From the NCBI GenBank assembly GCA_964016885.1, contig OZ024740.1, positions 295,058,001 through 295,122,000 on the forward strand: 64,000 bases of DNA. The letters are read 5' to 3'. Below, in pieces: positions 39,380 through 53,258 of the stretch. The notes beneath the pieces are model-generated. The model did no database searches and was not told the origin of the DNA. It was given only the letters and a program-made list of their open reading frames with translations. The translations under genes were made by a program, and so were the position numbers. How positions within the stretch are numbered: the first letter of the stretch is position 1; every line of letters begins with the position of its first letter. The DNA comes from Eledone cirrhosa (lineage: Eukaryota).

Positions 39380-39902
39380 ATATAAAGGCATTTTCATAAA
39401 TAGTGATATATACATCAAATAGATTATGGTATATTAAATATTACATAAAATTATATAACATATGGAGGGAATAATAGAGGTTTAATCTAAATATAACAAC
39501 AACTAAAAAAAGGTATGTATACCTATTGACGTAATAGAAAAAACCAACCAATTTAATCTTAATTATTAAAAACAATCATCTCCTACAATAACAGACCAAC
39601 GAGAGATTTAAAGTTAAGTTACAATGTACAAATCATTACAATACTGATTATAATTAATTTCATTGCGATATACATTATGTTGTCATTACTTTAAACAAAT
39701 ATCAACAATTTACCACAAACCAAATTCTGATTCTGTTTGATCTTGAAGATGTATTGACTAAAGTTCAAGCAACAAATGTATAGGTAGAGAAATGATGTAT
39801 TAAAGAATCTGTTCTGCTATGAGTTCTTAAGTTGTTCATCGAAACTTAACTCACTTGACATTTATGTAGACTCACACCAATCAATCAATATTTAGATAGC
39901 GG

Positions 39903-39983
<81 letters not shown>

Positions 39984-40302
39984 TCCTAATGTTTGTTGAG
40001 TGAGTTGGAATTTGGCCGGAGTATCGCTAAAAAGCTTTCTCCGACAATGTATTTATATATATATATATATATATATGGGAATAGAGATGATGTATATATA
40101 TTATCAATTGATTTTCTGGACATGTTTTACTCTAGTATTTTGCTCTGATTATTTAATTCATTGAGCCACAACGTGAAAAGTTGCCAAAACACATACATAC
40201 CTTTGACTTTGTTTAATTGGTGTATGTGTAAATATTTTTATATATATATATATAAATATTTACACATACACCAATTAATATATATACACATACACATGTA
40301 TG

Positions 40303-40364
<62 letters not shown>

Positions 40365-40474
40365 GAGTAATATTGTAGAACAATAAAACTATGCATAAAT
40401 CAGATAAGTAGCACTCAACAGTTGGTAGAACTATAATAAAGATGAAATAAAGATGGTTATAAGAGTTCCATATA

Positions 40475-40540
40475 TTTTATTATACGTATTTTGAATACAA
40501 AATCATCCTGGGACAGATGTTGTGTTCTCTTCAGATAAAA
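40475..40540 (-). ncRNA. Hammerhead remnant (G12A)
   Basis: TTTTAT-CTGAAGA-stem II-AAAA-TACGTA-TA-ATAAAA. Confidence 0.55.
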
Positions 40541-40902
40541 ATAAGGTACAATGATATGAGACATAAGAGCACTTGCTTATAGGAAAGTGCTAAGTCTACA
40601 TATGACAGAAATATATGTGTTAAGAAATAGATAGGAAAATAGAAGAAAAGGAAAGAAGAAGGGAAAAAAGGAAAAAGAAAGAGAAGAAAGAAAAAAGAAG
40701 GAAGAATATATATATATACACACATACATGTACGTACACACAGATGCATGCAAGCACAAACACACACTGATACACAAACACAGACACACACACACAAGCA
40801 CACATATATATATCTTAGAATTAAAAGTATTCCTTAACACACCAAAATATATTTGGAAAATGATAAACTTTCTGATTATTCTTTGGAAAAGTAATTGTTA
40901 TC

Positions 40903-40958
<56 letters not shown>

Positions 40959-40983
40959 TGTAATAAACAACATAAGACAATTA

Positions 40984-41056
40984 TTCCATTTACCAAAGGT
41001 TTCACGAAGACAGACGAGCTCGACACAGACGTCTGAAATCGTTCATCAGAATGAAA
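40984..41056 (-). ncRNA. Type-I hammerhead ribozyme
   Basis: TTTCATT-CTGATGA-ACGA..AGACG..CGTCT..TCGT-GAAA-CC(TTT)GG-TA-AATGGAA. Confidence 0.8.
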
Positions 41057-41581
41057 TTTTATTTGAAGTGGATGTAAGATATGGATTTAAAAACAAAGGC
41101 AAAAATAATTATTCAGATTTGTGTGTACGCATGTATATGTGTGTGTATGTGTGTGTATATGTGTGTATATATGGAAGTTTAGAAAAACCAGTATATATGT
41201 ACACACATATATATATATGTATATATATATGTGTGTGTATGTAAATTTTTTTTTGTGTGTGTGTAAGTACGTGCGTATATATATATAATTTTATACGTGA
41301 GTGTATTTTTTTTTGTTATCTATATTTACTTCCTTGTCCGTATTCCTATACACGCATAAATTTGCACGGAACATTTTTTTGTATTTTATAAATGCGTTTA
41401 TATTATATGTATGTACGGTTTATATATTTTTTATTGTATGTGTGTGTGTTTATATATTGTGTGTATGTATGTGTATACATGTGTTTGTGTATGTCTATAT
41501 ATGTTTGAGTATGTGTATATTTGTACGTATGTTATTCAAAATATTAACAAATGAAGATATTCACATAATCAAAAAATAAGC

Positions 41582-41642
41582 TTTATTATATATATTTCGA
41601 AGGTACTGTGTTGTTTTTTTCAGTACGTTCTCGTCAGATAAA
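41582..41642 (-). ncRNA. Type-I hammerhead ribozyme in the sense pLTR
   Basis: TTTAT-CTGACGA-GAACGTACTG..CAGTACCTTC-GAAA-TATATA-TA-ATAAA. Confidence 0.8.
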
Positions 41643-42328
41643 ATATATGATTTGATATATGACATACCTCTACGGTCTTGATATTTCAATTCCAGTATTG
41701 GCAGTGATTTATTTAATCAAACCTCAACATTTATATACCACAAATAATAATATGATAAACATAAAGAAGAAAAGGACAAGGAGCGCATTAGAGATATAAG
41801 AGAGGGTGTAAAGAGGAGGAAGGCAAGAAGAAGAAAGAAAGAAATAAAAAATAAAAAAATAATAAAAAATAAATAAATACATACATATTTAAATGTTATA
41901 TAATAAAAGAAGAAGAAAGGAGAAATAACGACAAAAGAGAGGAACATAAAATATATGTTATGATATATAGAAAAAAACCCCGTTGTTTTCAAATATTAGG
42001 TCAATTGAGGCAACCAATCAATTACCATAAAACATTGAATATTTCTTGTATTTGATTATGGTTAAGCTAATTATACTTATATATTATATCAAAATTAGTC
42101 AATATACATTACTTTTTATAGCCGTCACATAATTGGTTTAATTAAAAATTTATATAATTTAATTTAACTCATTATAGATTATAATTTTAGTTTAAGTAAT
42201 ATATTCCTTAAGTATTTTGTTACAACTTTAAAAAAAATTTTATCTTTAAAACAAATTTAAATAATTATTAAACATGCATTTAAAATATATATTAAAATAC
42301 ATGCACATCTCACCATCAATATATATAA

Positions 42329-42517
42329 TTGTTTCTACTTTTGGCACCAGGCCAGCAATCATCTCAGTGCATTACTGGTACTTTATTTTATCGACCCCGT
42401 AAGGATGAAAGGCAAAGTTAACCTCGGCGGGATTTGAACTCAGATCATAAAGGGAGGTAACTCTATACTTCAAAGCATGGGGCCCGACCCTCTACCGATA
42501 CTGCCAATCCACCGCCC
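42329..42517 (-). mobile_element. Meta-like tRNA-SINE nested in the Penelope element
   Basis: complete unit, flanked by TATATATAAT. Confidence 0.85.
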
Positions 42518-42992
42518 TATATATAATGATATATTAAGATCATTTTTTAGCCGAATTATTTAATTTAAATAGGATATTTACTTTATAAAATCATTTCTAT
42601 TCTTTAATTATCATATAATTACAGGATTAAATTGGTGTTATATTTAATCTCAAAAGTTTTATTCCGTTAATTTATATTTACTTCAGTAATTATATATTAT
42701 TATAGTTTCCTTTTAAAGATATTCTTATATTATTAAACTACATAATTCATGTCAAATATAATTTAGTAAGCTATTCAAACAGAATACAAATATTTACGAA
42801 GAATGTAAACAAAAGGAAGATAACTCATTCACCATATGTGAACATTTAACTACTCTGAAATCTAGTGATAATTCTAAACCATAAATCAACAATTGTCAAG
42901 TTAAATATTGAACTGTCCTAAACAAAACATAGGATACAAAGACTCTTAATGAAATTATTCTAATAAATCAATAAATTATTATCCCAGTAAGG

Positions 42993-43050
<58 letters not shown>

Positions 43051-43144
43051 AATATTTTTTCGAAACTTGTACAATGCCTGGAATGTTTTACCGAATTTAT
43101 GTTGGCAGCTGCTAAATAACTCATTTTTCTTGTTAATTAAATTG

Positions 43145-43450
43145 TCATAATTTGTAATTATCAATAGTCTCAAGATTGCAAAGATTGCAATTTAGCGAAA
43201 TGGAAGCGTTCCGATAGGAATTGGTATTTTTTAACCGTGTCCAAGAGATGGAGTATTTAATATTCTTGTCCTTCAAAGACCATATTAATTGTGAGAGTGA
43301 AGTTGAAATTTTTTTATCTGGACTAGAAAATGAATTTTTATGGCTGTACCAACGAACCTTAAATTTAGATGAAGTGGCACCAATGTAGTTGTATATATTA
43401 TTATTTGTCTTAATGGTACATTTATATACTAGATTCTTGTCAAGGGACAT
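43145..43450 (-). pseudogene. Penelope GIY-YIG endonuclease fragment
   Basis: KNLVYKCTI...YIGATSSKFKVRWYSHKNSF...TSLSQLIWSLK...ISW...CNLCNLE; continues after a frameshift as NLINKKNELFSSCQH. Confidence 0.85.
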
Positions 43451-43601
43451 TCTGACTTCTTTCTAGGTGTTCTACTATTATTCATATTTAAACTATTATT
43501 ATTGTTATTCCCATAAACTAGTGTACTATTGTTATTATTGTTATTATCGCTATTTATATGCTGGTTCAAATTAAGATTTTTACTATTTATTTTTGCTATA
43601 T

Positions 43602-43661
43602 TTTATCTGACGAGAACGTACTGAAAAAACAACACAGTACCTTCGAAATATATATAATAAA
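43602..43661 (+). ncRNA. Type-I hammerhead ribozyme in the inverted pLTR
   Basis: reverse-complement copy of 41582-41642, core intact. Confidence 0.8.
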
Positions 43662-44080
43662 GCATATATTTTGATTATGTGAATATCTTCATTTGTTAAT
43701 ATTTTGAATAATATTAAAAACTCCAGGAAAATCCCTTTGTTGAGTGCTTTTAATCTCTTGTAAAACTGCATTCATTGAATAATCAATGAACCATATTAAT
43801 CTTTGGTCATATTTGTACGTATGTACATATGTATATATATATATATATGTATATGCGTGTGTGTATATATGCGTGTATGCGTGGGTGTATGCATATGTAT
43901 ATATTTCTGTATATATATGTGTGCATGTGTGTATATATACATATATATATGTGTGTTTATGTATATATATATATATGTGTATATATTTGCGTGTGTGTGT
44001 ATGTGTATGTGATTGTGCGTGTGTATATATATATATATACATATATATTGGAAAATGTGTGTAATCCTTGGTACAGTTAG

Positions 44081-44928
44081 GTATATTAAGACAGGGGGCA
44101 AGAAAAAAATGGCTTCACTTGTGCTTTCAACAAATTTATTTTCTTCACAAAATCCAAAAAGAATTTTTTTCCGGATTAGAAAAATTTTTTTTATTAAAAA
44201 AATTTTTTTGGTTGTTGGTTAGGTCTTAGGAGTTCTTGGTTAACGTAGGAGGTATTGTTTCGTTTTTAGAAAGACCTTTCACGCTGAGGTGCGCTTGTCA
44301 AACTGATGTGTATGTGGTGTGTTGTTCTATATATAGGGATTTAACATGTCTGTGGTGTGGTGGGGGGGTTTTTCTCCCCTTTTAATAAGTGTAGGGGTGT
44401 AGGTGTGTTGAAAAAAATGTTAATAGCAGTAATGAGTTGAGACAGTGAGTAGGGTTGGGTGGGGAGAAATGTAGCAAGTGCGGCCTGCCCCGGTCATTCT
44501 CGAAAAATTCCTTTATTCAGGGGAAAAAGCTTTTAGTATTCCTTTGTGTCGAGAATGGTCATAGGCAAACCGCACCTGCTAAGCTTGTAAACAATTTTTT
44601 TTTCTGAAGAATTTTTCTACGTCCATCCCCAAATTAGTCCTTTGTTCAACACACACACATGTGCGTATATACGTACATACACACACGGGCATATGTAGGA
44701 ATATATAGGCACACACCATCAATTACACACCCATGTACATATACATCCACATACATACATAAAAACATATTAAGACACATATAAAAACACATATACACAT
44801 ACGTACACACACGAATATGTACTCATACCTCCACATGGGTATATATATATATACATACATACATATACATACATATACATACATAAAGATACATAACTAA
44901 ATATACATATATACACATACACGCACAC
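44081..44928 (-). repeat. Left arm of ~850-bp inverted duplication (Penelope-like 3' end plus compound microsatellite)
   Basis: reverse complement of 51158-52016 throughout, including irregular microsatellite variants. Confidence 0.9.
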
Positions 44929-44946
44929 ATACACACACACACGTGT

Positions 44947-44977
<31 letters not shown>

Positions 44978-45070
44978 TATGTCCGTATATATACATCCGT
45001 TCACACATACATGCATACACACACACACATACACACACACACATATATATATATAGAGAGAGAGAGGCAT

Positions 45071-45143
<73 letters not shown>

Positions 45144-45324
45144 TATATATATATATATACATACATACACATACACATACACATATAAATACATACATAC
45201 ACACATACATATATACACATACATATACATACATACATATACATATATACATATATATATATATATACATACACACACATACATACACATATATATACGT
45301 GTACACACAAGCACATAAAGACAC

Positions 45325-45441
<117 letters not shown>

Positions 45442-45662
45442 TATACATACACCTACATACATACATACATATACACATACAGAAACATACATATATGTAC
45501 ACACATATATACATATATGCACATACATACACACACACACATATATAGATACATACATATACATACACACACATATAAACATATATCTATATCTATATAT
45601 ATATATACATATATATATATACAAACATACACATACATACATATACATATACATATACATAT

Positions 45663-46268
45663 GGTGGCTGCCAACTCGTTTTCGAGTACGGCCACTACTT
45701 TATATCCAAGTAGGAGAACCCCTACCGATGCGCTGAACGAGTGTGACTTTTTAGTCCAGCCAGCGACTTGAAAACTCTGGTACAAACACTACACTTGTGA
45801 CAATTATTGACACTTAGTGCTGGGCCCATGGTACCATGTGACGACAAGTGCAGGGAGATCTCCAGATATAAAGCAATGCCTGTGTCGTGAAGCTTTTATA
45901 GTGAGCAAAGGCACTGCACAAAGCCAGTCCCACTCTCTTAACCAAGATGATATTTACCAAAAAGAAGAACAAGTCAACATCATTGGATACCATCAGAGTT
46001 GCAGGTGTTATATCAGAGTTTTCCTTCTCCTAGAATTCTGCCTTGACAAAGGCTAAGGGGTCATCTCTCCCGGTGATTTTGGATGGCCATTGACTCTTAA
46101 GAGCTCCTTTGCCCTTTGACAGGTTTTGTTTTTAGTCCTGCAGGATGTCCAAAGTCACCCTCCTCACCAAGAAACCTTGGTGGGGTTGCCAGTTTAGTCG
46201 CCAACGACCCGACCATGGGACAGGTTGTACTGGAATACATGTTACCAGTAGCACCAACTGGTGACCTG
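45663..46268 (-). mobile_element. Non-autonomous bipartite RTE-derived element, full-length copy
   Basis: near-identical to 4086-4691; same TATGT|CAGGTCACC 5' junction. Confidence 0.8.
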
Positions 46269-46296
46269 ACATACATATACATATATATACACACAT

Positions 46297-46341
<45 letters not shown>

Positions 46342-46725
46342 TACAAACATACACACATCCATACATAATAATACACACACACACAGTGGCGTAACTAGCT
46401 TTTAAAGCCAGGGGGGGGGGGGAATCCGATCTAAAGGGGGCCCACCAATTCCATACGCTCATTTCCATAAGCTGCAAGAAAATATGTTCATACGGGCGTC
46501 TAGAATAGATAATTTATAATAGAGTAGAATATATCATAGATTACAGAGTTAGCATGTTCCGTGAAAACTTGATTAACTGCAAAGACGGTGGTCTATCTTC
46601 AGAAAAAAACAAAACAATATCCAGTAAAACTAGTCTTGCAATCGATTATTCACAAACAAAAATTCGTATGTGCAATAAATCGTCCATCTAAAACTTTACT
46701 TTCACATTCGAGCATATCACTTGTT

Positions 46726-49414
46726 CTACAGTTCTAATTTGCGATATTTTACTTTAGAAAATTTTTCAATCACGATGCTGAAGTCAATTTTTTCAGCCAG
46801 TTCTCGCTCTATGTACATCATTGCCAGAGCATTCAACCGCTCTTCACTCATGGTACTACGCAAATAATTCTTTATCAGTTTGAGCCTGCTGAAGGTTCGC
46901 TCAGCCTGCGCCGAGCTAACCGGAATAGTTATGAACATTTTGTATAAGGCAAACACGCTCGGATAGGCTCTATCTAAGTCATTAGAAATCATAAACGGAA
47001 CGATCTCAGAACTCGATATGGATTTATCTAAACACACTTCCTTGTAAAAATCTTTGAATGATAAATACTCATCGAAGATAGTGTCATTTTCGATGTCACC
47101 CTCATAGAATTTCGCAAGATTATCGATTCTCTCTTTATTGCATGTGTCATCGTCGTCGAAGTGCGCCGGTATCAAGCACGAAAAATCCTTCACTAGACCG
47201 TGCAAGTCGGCAAAACGTTCGTTAAAGCTACTAATGATTCTATCTAGGATAGTGAAATAAACGTCCCGTTTAAAATGCTGACTCATCGTCTCATGAGGTT
47301 CGTCACTGGCATTTTCGTCATGAAAACGCTTCTTTTTTCTTTTCCGTTGTAAACTCTGGTTCAACTTGACATTGCTCGGCGAGATTTTTAGTGTCTGATA
47401 ATGTTCGGTCAAAATATTCATTTGAGCGGATTTCTTCAATTTCTTTTACTACATTTTTAATCATGACGTCCGCGGAATATAAGTCGATAGCCTCCTTCTG
47501 CAAATATTGTGAAACAGAATGCAGCTTTTTAAGTAAATTCTGAAAAAACTTCAACATGAAAATGAATTCAAACTTGCTCACATTTAGTAGCAAACCTCTG
47601 GCCTCATCTAATACTTTCGGAGAAGTGTTGCGAACATCCCCACTTACTATCCTCTCTAGTGCACTCATTATTGCCGGTAAGTTGTTAATGGTAGCCTCTA
47701 CAGCCTGAATGTGACTAAACCAGCGGGTATCTGAGAGTCTTTTTAATGTTAATACCGTTGAAGTCAATAGTTTTTCTTGTTCTTCTTCGAGGATTTTCAG
47801 CCTTGGCAAGCTTGATGTTAAGAAAACATACAGGCTCTCCAATGTACCAACAAATAATTTACCATCCATTGACGATTGGCTAGCATCGATTAACACCAGG
47901 TTCAGGTTATGAGCACAACAATGGACATAAACAGCTTTCGAAGAGCATCCCTCTTTAACTCTAGCCTGAAGCCCAGAAATATGGCCGGACATATTCGACG
48001 CTCCGTCGTAAGCTTGTCCTCTAATATATTGAGCATCCAAGGAAAGATCCTGGAAAAGAACTTTCACAAGCGTATCGAAAAATGATTCAGCGGCTGCTGA
48101 TTTTAGTTCACAAAATGACAGGAAACGATACATATCGCAGTGACACAGAGCATTGATCCTGATGCGAAATGTCTATTGTGGAATCGACAATGACTGAATA
48201 GTATTTTGCCTCTTTCACTTCCGTGATTATTTGTTGAGTACATTCGTTCGCCAGGCATTCTATGAATTCGTTTTGTAATTTTGGACTTAAGTACATAGGC
48301 TGTCTTTTAGTGCGCCCAGGCGAGAAGAAATGGCTTCCAAGATCGTATCATACTTGGCTATCAATTTCAACAATTCAATAAAGTTTCCTTCATTTTCTGA
48401 TTTGGCGCCAAGTCCAGCATATTCCCTGTGACCTCTGAAGGCCAAGCCTTGTTTTGCGAGAAATAACGTACAATCAAGCAATCGCCCCAATATCTGGCGA
48501 TTTCGTTCAATTCGCTGCTTCTCTTCATGGATGAGGTTATCGATCACCGTTTTATTTGCGTCCAAACGATATTTTGTCATGAAGTATTGCTTTTGTGCAT
48601 TGATGTGAATGGTACTTTTCTCATGATTGGCAATTTTTTCGATTCCCTTTTTGAAGTTTGCCATCCCACACTCTGGATTACCCCAAGTCTTCGAGTAAGA
48701 TTCGGCATTTTTATCAGCAAACAGCCAACAACAAAAGCAATATAGTCTGTTGGATTCAGGAGAGTATACTAACCAGTGTCGGTCAACTTCATGGATTCCA
48801 GCACACTTTCTCTTGTACCAACTGATGTTGAATTTTCTGTGGTTCGAGTCGAGAGGGAAATCAGTAAAATTATCTTTCAATCCTGGCTGACAAGGACCAA
48901 CGGCCATGAGGGCACGAATTAGAGGTGTCGTCAATGGTCTGTCTTCGAAATGTTTCGGGTCGCTTGGATACTTCTCTTGTAAATTCAACATGCACTCTAC
49001 TGGCTCATGCTCTGGGATTTGTTTTGCCGATGTAGTTTCCTCTGAATCATTTTCATTTTCAGATTCCGATACAGCCATTTTTTCCTCTATTGAGTTTGGA
49101 TCCCCATTTGGAACTATATCTTCAGTGACTACGACGGTTGTTGAGATAGTCGATGGACCTGAGGCATCTTCGACGTCAGGTTCTCGCGACTCTCCAGTGC
49201 TTTTCTGTTTCTCCAGTTCATCTGACCAGACCGACTCGCCGGAAATTCCGGCAGTTACATTGGTTTGGGATGCGTCACTACTTGTTGACGAAGACTGTTG
49301 ACTTTTCAGAAAACTTGTGATTAGATGACATTTCTTTGCAGATTCTTCCCTGGCAGCTTGTCTAGCTTCTTTCCTCTTTGTTGCTCCAGTTTTGTAATTT
49401 TTTTTAGGCAACAT
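46726..49414 (-). pseudogene. hAT transposase (ZMYM1-like/Tip100-type: TTF zinc finger, DUF4371, DDE, dimerisation domain), three frameshifts
   Basis: WLVYS..LYCFCCWLF..HEKSTIH; LAKQGLAFRGHRE..GNFIELL; YLSPKLQNE; SVIVDSTIDISH; GQAYDGASNMSG; YVHCCAHNLNL; DTRW; VSSAQAERTFSRLKLIKNYLRSTMSEERLN. Confidence 0.93.
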
Positions 49415-50363
49415 TCTTAATGAGCACTATATTGACACAGTTGGAATAATGCAATTCGCTTGATTTGATATTCAACACCGAAGAATGTAAAACACGTCAA
49501 ATAATCGACGAAAAACAAAACATAGAGCAAAAGTCCAGGAAATATATATATATATAACAGATTAATCTACCGGAGTAAACGGTAGTGTCGAATCCGTATA
49601 GAGAACTCAATGTAATCCAAATGTGGAAAAATCATAAAAAATACATGTAGTTAATTAATAATGTAAAACAATTGGAAGACAAAGTCAAAATAAGACATTG
49701 AAAAACAATGAAAAATTAAACAAAGAACATGTTCTTCCTATTAATATTGATTTACACTTTAACAGACGATCGTTTCAAGGGATCAGATATTGGCATGTGT
49801 ATTTTCATTAAGATATATATATATTTTATATTTTACAAATTATACAAAGAAAATACAACATACCTCCATCCGCTCTCTATCGTCAGTGTTGAATGAAAAC
49901 TAATTTTATTACAAGAATAAAAAACATATCAAAATATAAAGGAACATTGACCGATGGTATTCATTGGCTGGTTTCTAAATCAACAAAATCCATCGACTGA
50001 AAAGGAGATAAAAGATGAAATTCAATGGAAAGCAGTTAGAGGATGAGGAGGGGTGTTACAATAGAGGAAGACAATTAGGTCAAAGTTCTGGACAGAATAT
50101 TTAAGGACAGCAGAATGTCAGATATCAAGTTACAACTTTAGAAAGTTCATGATGAGAACGAATATTTTATTCCAACTAAATATATATTTGTGCGTATATA
50201 CTCATGCATAATTATACTTTTAATTAAATATTAGGTTAAAAAACTGAGTATCGAGAATAACATAAGCATGTATTACAACATTTCAAACAAAAAGAATAAT
50301 ATAGAATTTAGATATCAAATCATTTATATATATTTACAAATCAAAGAATATAACAATCGGTTT

Positions 50364-50609
50364 TTAATGAGATCCCTGTGATTGAGGCAAGGCTACTAAT
50401 TTGTCAATGTTTGGTGTCAAAGCCGTTAGAGAGAGTCGTAAACCACCTCTTCTTTCTATATCAAGGCGATTTCCACTTTTTGAAAGCAGATGCATAACCC
50501 GACTGAAACCAGACTCAACTAGATAAGATGTGGAGAAAGCAAATAAAAAAAATGTAACGCTTTTATTCGACTGAATATTCTCCACACATTTTTTAGATGC
50601 AGTTGCCAT
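50364..50609 (-). pseudogene. Buster/Charlie-type hAT transposase C-terminal fragment
   Basis: FSTSYLVESGFSRV..SKSGNRLDI..RGGLRLSLTALTPNIDKLV..QGSH*. Confidence 0.8.
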
Positions 50610-50792
50610 TTTATCCGAAATATTATATTCTTTAAATAAACAAGAAATTGGTCTTAACTTCTAGTCTTATTAGAGATTAAGGGTTTTCTTTAAGTTGTAG
50701 TTAAGGATTCGTAATTACATGTGTAATAAGTTATGTGTTTAGAATTATAGCCTAGGGGGCCCACCTAGACCGAGAGGAAAGCCAGGGGGGCG

Positions 50793-51157
50793 TGTTCAGT
50801 AGCGGTTTAAATTTTTCAATGAAGAATTCTTCTTTATATCTGCGGAAATGTTCGTTATCCGACCATATCTTGAAGAAAGGGAAGATTGTGAATTTTCCCT
50901 TCCCGCATGATGCAAAGTGTGCGCTACTTGTGGTATTTTTGACTGTGGGGTCTTTAATTTGTTGTTTATGTACCCGGACTCTATCATGTAGTCCCGTTCC
51001 GGTTTCCCCAATGTAATACTCTTTACACTGTGGACATGTTGCGCAATATATTAGGTTTTTCGTTTTGCAGTTCATGTTTGCATTGACCTTGAAATTATCA
51101 TGGTTTTTGAAGGACAACTGTTTGCCCTCTTCGATGAGTTCACAGGTTCCACATCTA
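50793..51157 (-). pseudogene. Penelope (Neptune-like) GIY-YIG endonuclease fragment
   Basis: RCGTCELI...NCKTKNLIYCATCPQCKEYYIGETG..LHDRVRVHKQQI...HF..C...RRYKEEFFIEKFKPLLN. Confidence 0.88.
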
Positions 51158-52016
51158 GTGTGCGTGTATGTGTATATATGTATATTTAGTTATGTATCTT
51201 TATGTGTGTATATGTATGTATATGTATGTATGTATATATATATATACCCATGTGGAGGTATGAGTACATATTCGTGTGTACGTATGTGTATATGTGTTTT
51301 TATATGTGTCTTTATATGTTTTTATGTATGTATGTGGATGTATATGTACATGGGTGTGTGATTGATGGTGTGTGCCTATATATTCCTACATATGCCCATG
51401 TGTGTATGTACGTATATACGCACATATGTGTGTGTTGAACAAAGGACTAATTTTGGGATGGACGTAGAAAAATTCTTCAGAAAAAAATAATTGTTTACAA
51501 GCTTGGCAGGTGCGGTTTGCCTATGACCATTCTCGACACAAAGGAATACTAAAAGCTTTTTCCCCTGAATAAAGGAATTTTTCGAGAATGACCGGGGCAG
51601 GCCGCACTTGCTACATTTCTCCCCACCCAACCCTACTCACTGTCTCAACTCATTACTGCTATTAACATTTTTTTCAACACACCTACACCCCTACACTTAT
51701 TAAAGGGGGAGAAACCCCCCACCACACCACAGACATGTTAAATCCCTATATATAGAACAACACACCACATACACATCAGTTTGACAAGCGCACCTCAGCG
51801 TGAAAGGTCTTTCTAAAAACGAAACAATACCTCCTACGTTAACCAAGAACTCCTAAGACCTAACCAACAACCAACAACTTAATTTATAAAAAAAATTTTT
51901 TAATAAAAAAATTTTTTCTAATCCGGAAAAAAATTCTTTTGGGATTTTGTGAAGAAAATAAATTTGTTGAAAGCACAAGTGAAGCCATTTTTTTCTTCCC
52001 CCCTGTCTTAATATAC
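51158..52016 (+). repeat. Right arm of the inverted duplication; Penelope-like pLTR with TATA, degenerate hammerhead (51776-51815) and AATAAA
   Basis: CCCTATATATAG; TTGACAAG-CGC(acctca)GCG-TGAAA-GGTC; AAATAAA. Confidence 0.85.
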
Positions 52017-52103
52017 ATATATATATATATGCATATATGTGTGTGTATGTTTTTGTTTATATATGTATGTGTGTGTATTATTATGTACAAACATGTGTAT
52101 ATA

Positions 52104-52204
<101 letters not shown>

Positions 52205-52301
52205 TGAAGTTTTCGTTGAAAATTGAAAAAGTCATAGGAGTGAAGAGTGCTCTATGTAAGTACCAGAGCAAAATTTAATGTATAATAAACAATACAATAT
52301 A

Positions 52302-52379
52302 ATTACCTCATTACCAGAGGTTTCCCGAATAAGACGAATACGAAAGAAACGTCCTCTTTCGTTCGTCGGACGAGGCAAT
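52302..52379 (-). ncRNA. Type-I hammerhead ribozyme, variant core (U4C)
   Basis: ATTGCCTCGT-CCGACGA-stem II-GAAA-CC(TCT)GG-TA-ATGAGGTAAT; 10-bp stem I; same design as 40984-41056. Confidence 0.65.
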
Positions 52380-53091
52380 ATAAAACATAGTGAAATATTT
52401 GGAAAGTCTCCTCAAGAAATGCAAAAAATATATATATATATAAATAAAAGTAATGCAATAGACATATAAAATATATAAAAAAATTATAAGGAAATATAGT
52501 TAGGTGTGTGTATATGTATGTATATACACTCACAAATGTACATATGTATGTATGTACAAATACGTGTGTATGGTGAAAATGTGTGCGTAAATATATATAT
52601 GAGGGCAAGTATATTTGTGTATATGTAACCACAAATACGGATATAAAATGAGTTGAAAATAAATTGATAATCTAGTTTTGAAACGTATACAGAAAAACAG
52701 GGTATTAGATACATTATATGAATATGAAGGCACGCGTATAAACACACACACACACGCGTTCACTTATATGCGGAAGATAAAGAGGTAAGGGAGTGTAATA
52801 GTTAAAAGAAAGTGTCATTCTCGATATATTTATAAAAATAGAACAATATATGAGAAAGAAAAAATGTTTAAATGAAAGAGAAAGTAGTCAATTAACACTA
52901 GAGAAGAGAAAAGAAAAGAAAACAAAACAAACAAGATACACGCGTACATACACATATATCTATAAGAAACATATATCTATAAAAAAATATATATACACAC
53001 ACAATACGTGCAGACAAAAGCGTATGCAAGCGTACATACATACACAGGATGTACATATATATATACATACATATCGCCCCATGTATATATG

Positions 53092-53258
<167 letters not shown>

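Larger units (their letters stand above)
41533..43808 (-). mobile_element. 5'-truncated Penelope-like element with inverted pLTRs and 16-bp TSD
   Basis: GIY-YIG ORF at 43145-43450; ~115-bp inverted repeats 41532-41647 and 43597-43711, each with an intact hammerhead; ATATTTGTACGTATGT at 41517-41532 and 43809-43824. Confidence 0.8.
46384..50792 (-). mobile_element. hAT DNA transposon, only one TIR visible
   Basis: TIR-like CAGTGGCGTAACTAG at 46384; subterminal motifs AAAGCCAGGGGGG and GGGGGCCCACC recur at 50756-50792, where the element is cut off by a GIY-YIG fragment. Confidence 0.7.

Noticed and set aside
50752-50792. C-terminal extension TPPWLSSRSRWAP of the GIY-YIG ORF
   Set aside because: Read-through into hAT subterminal DNA at the junction
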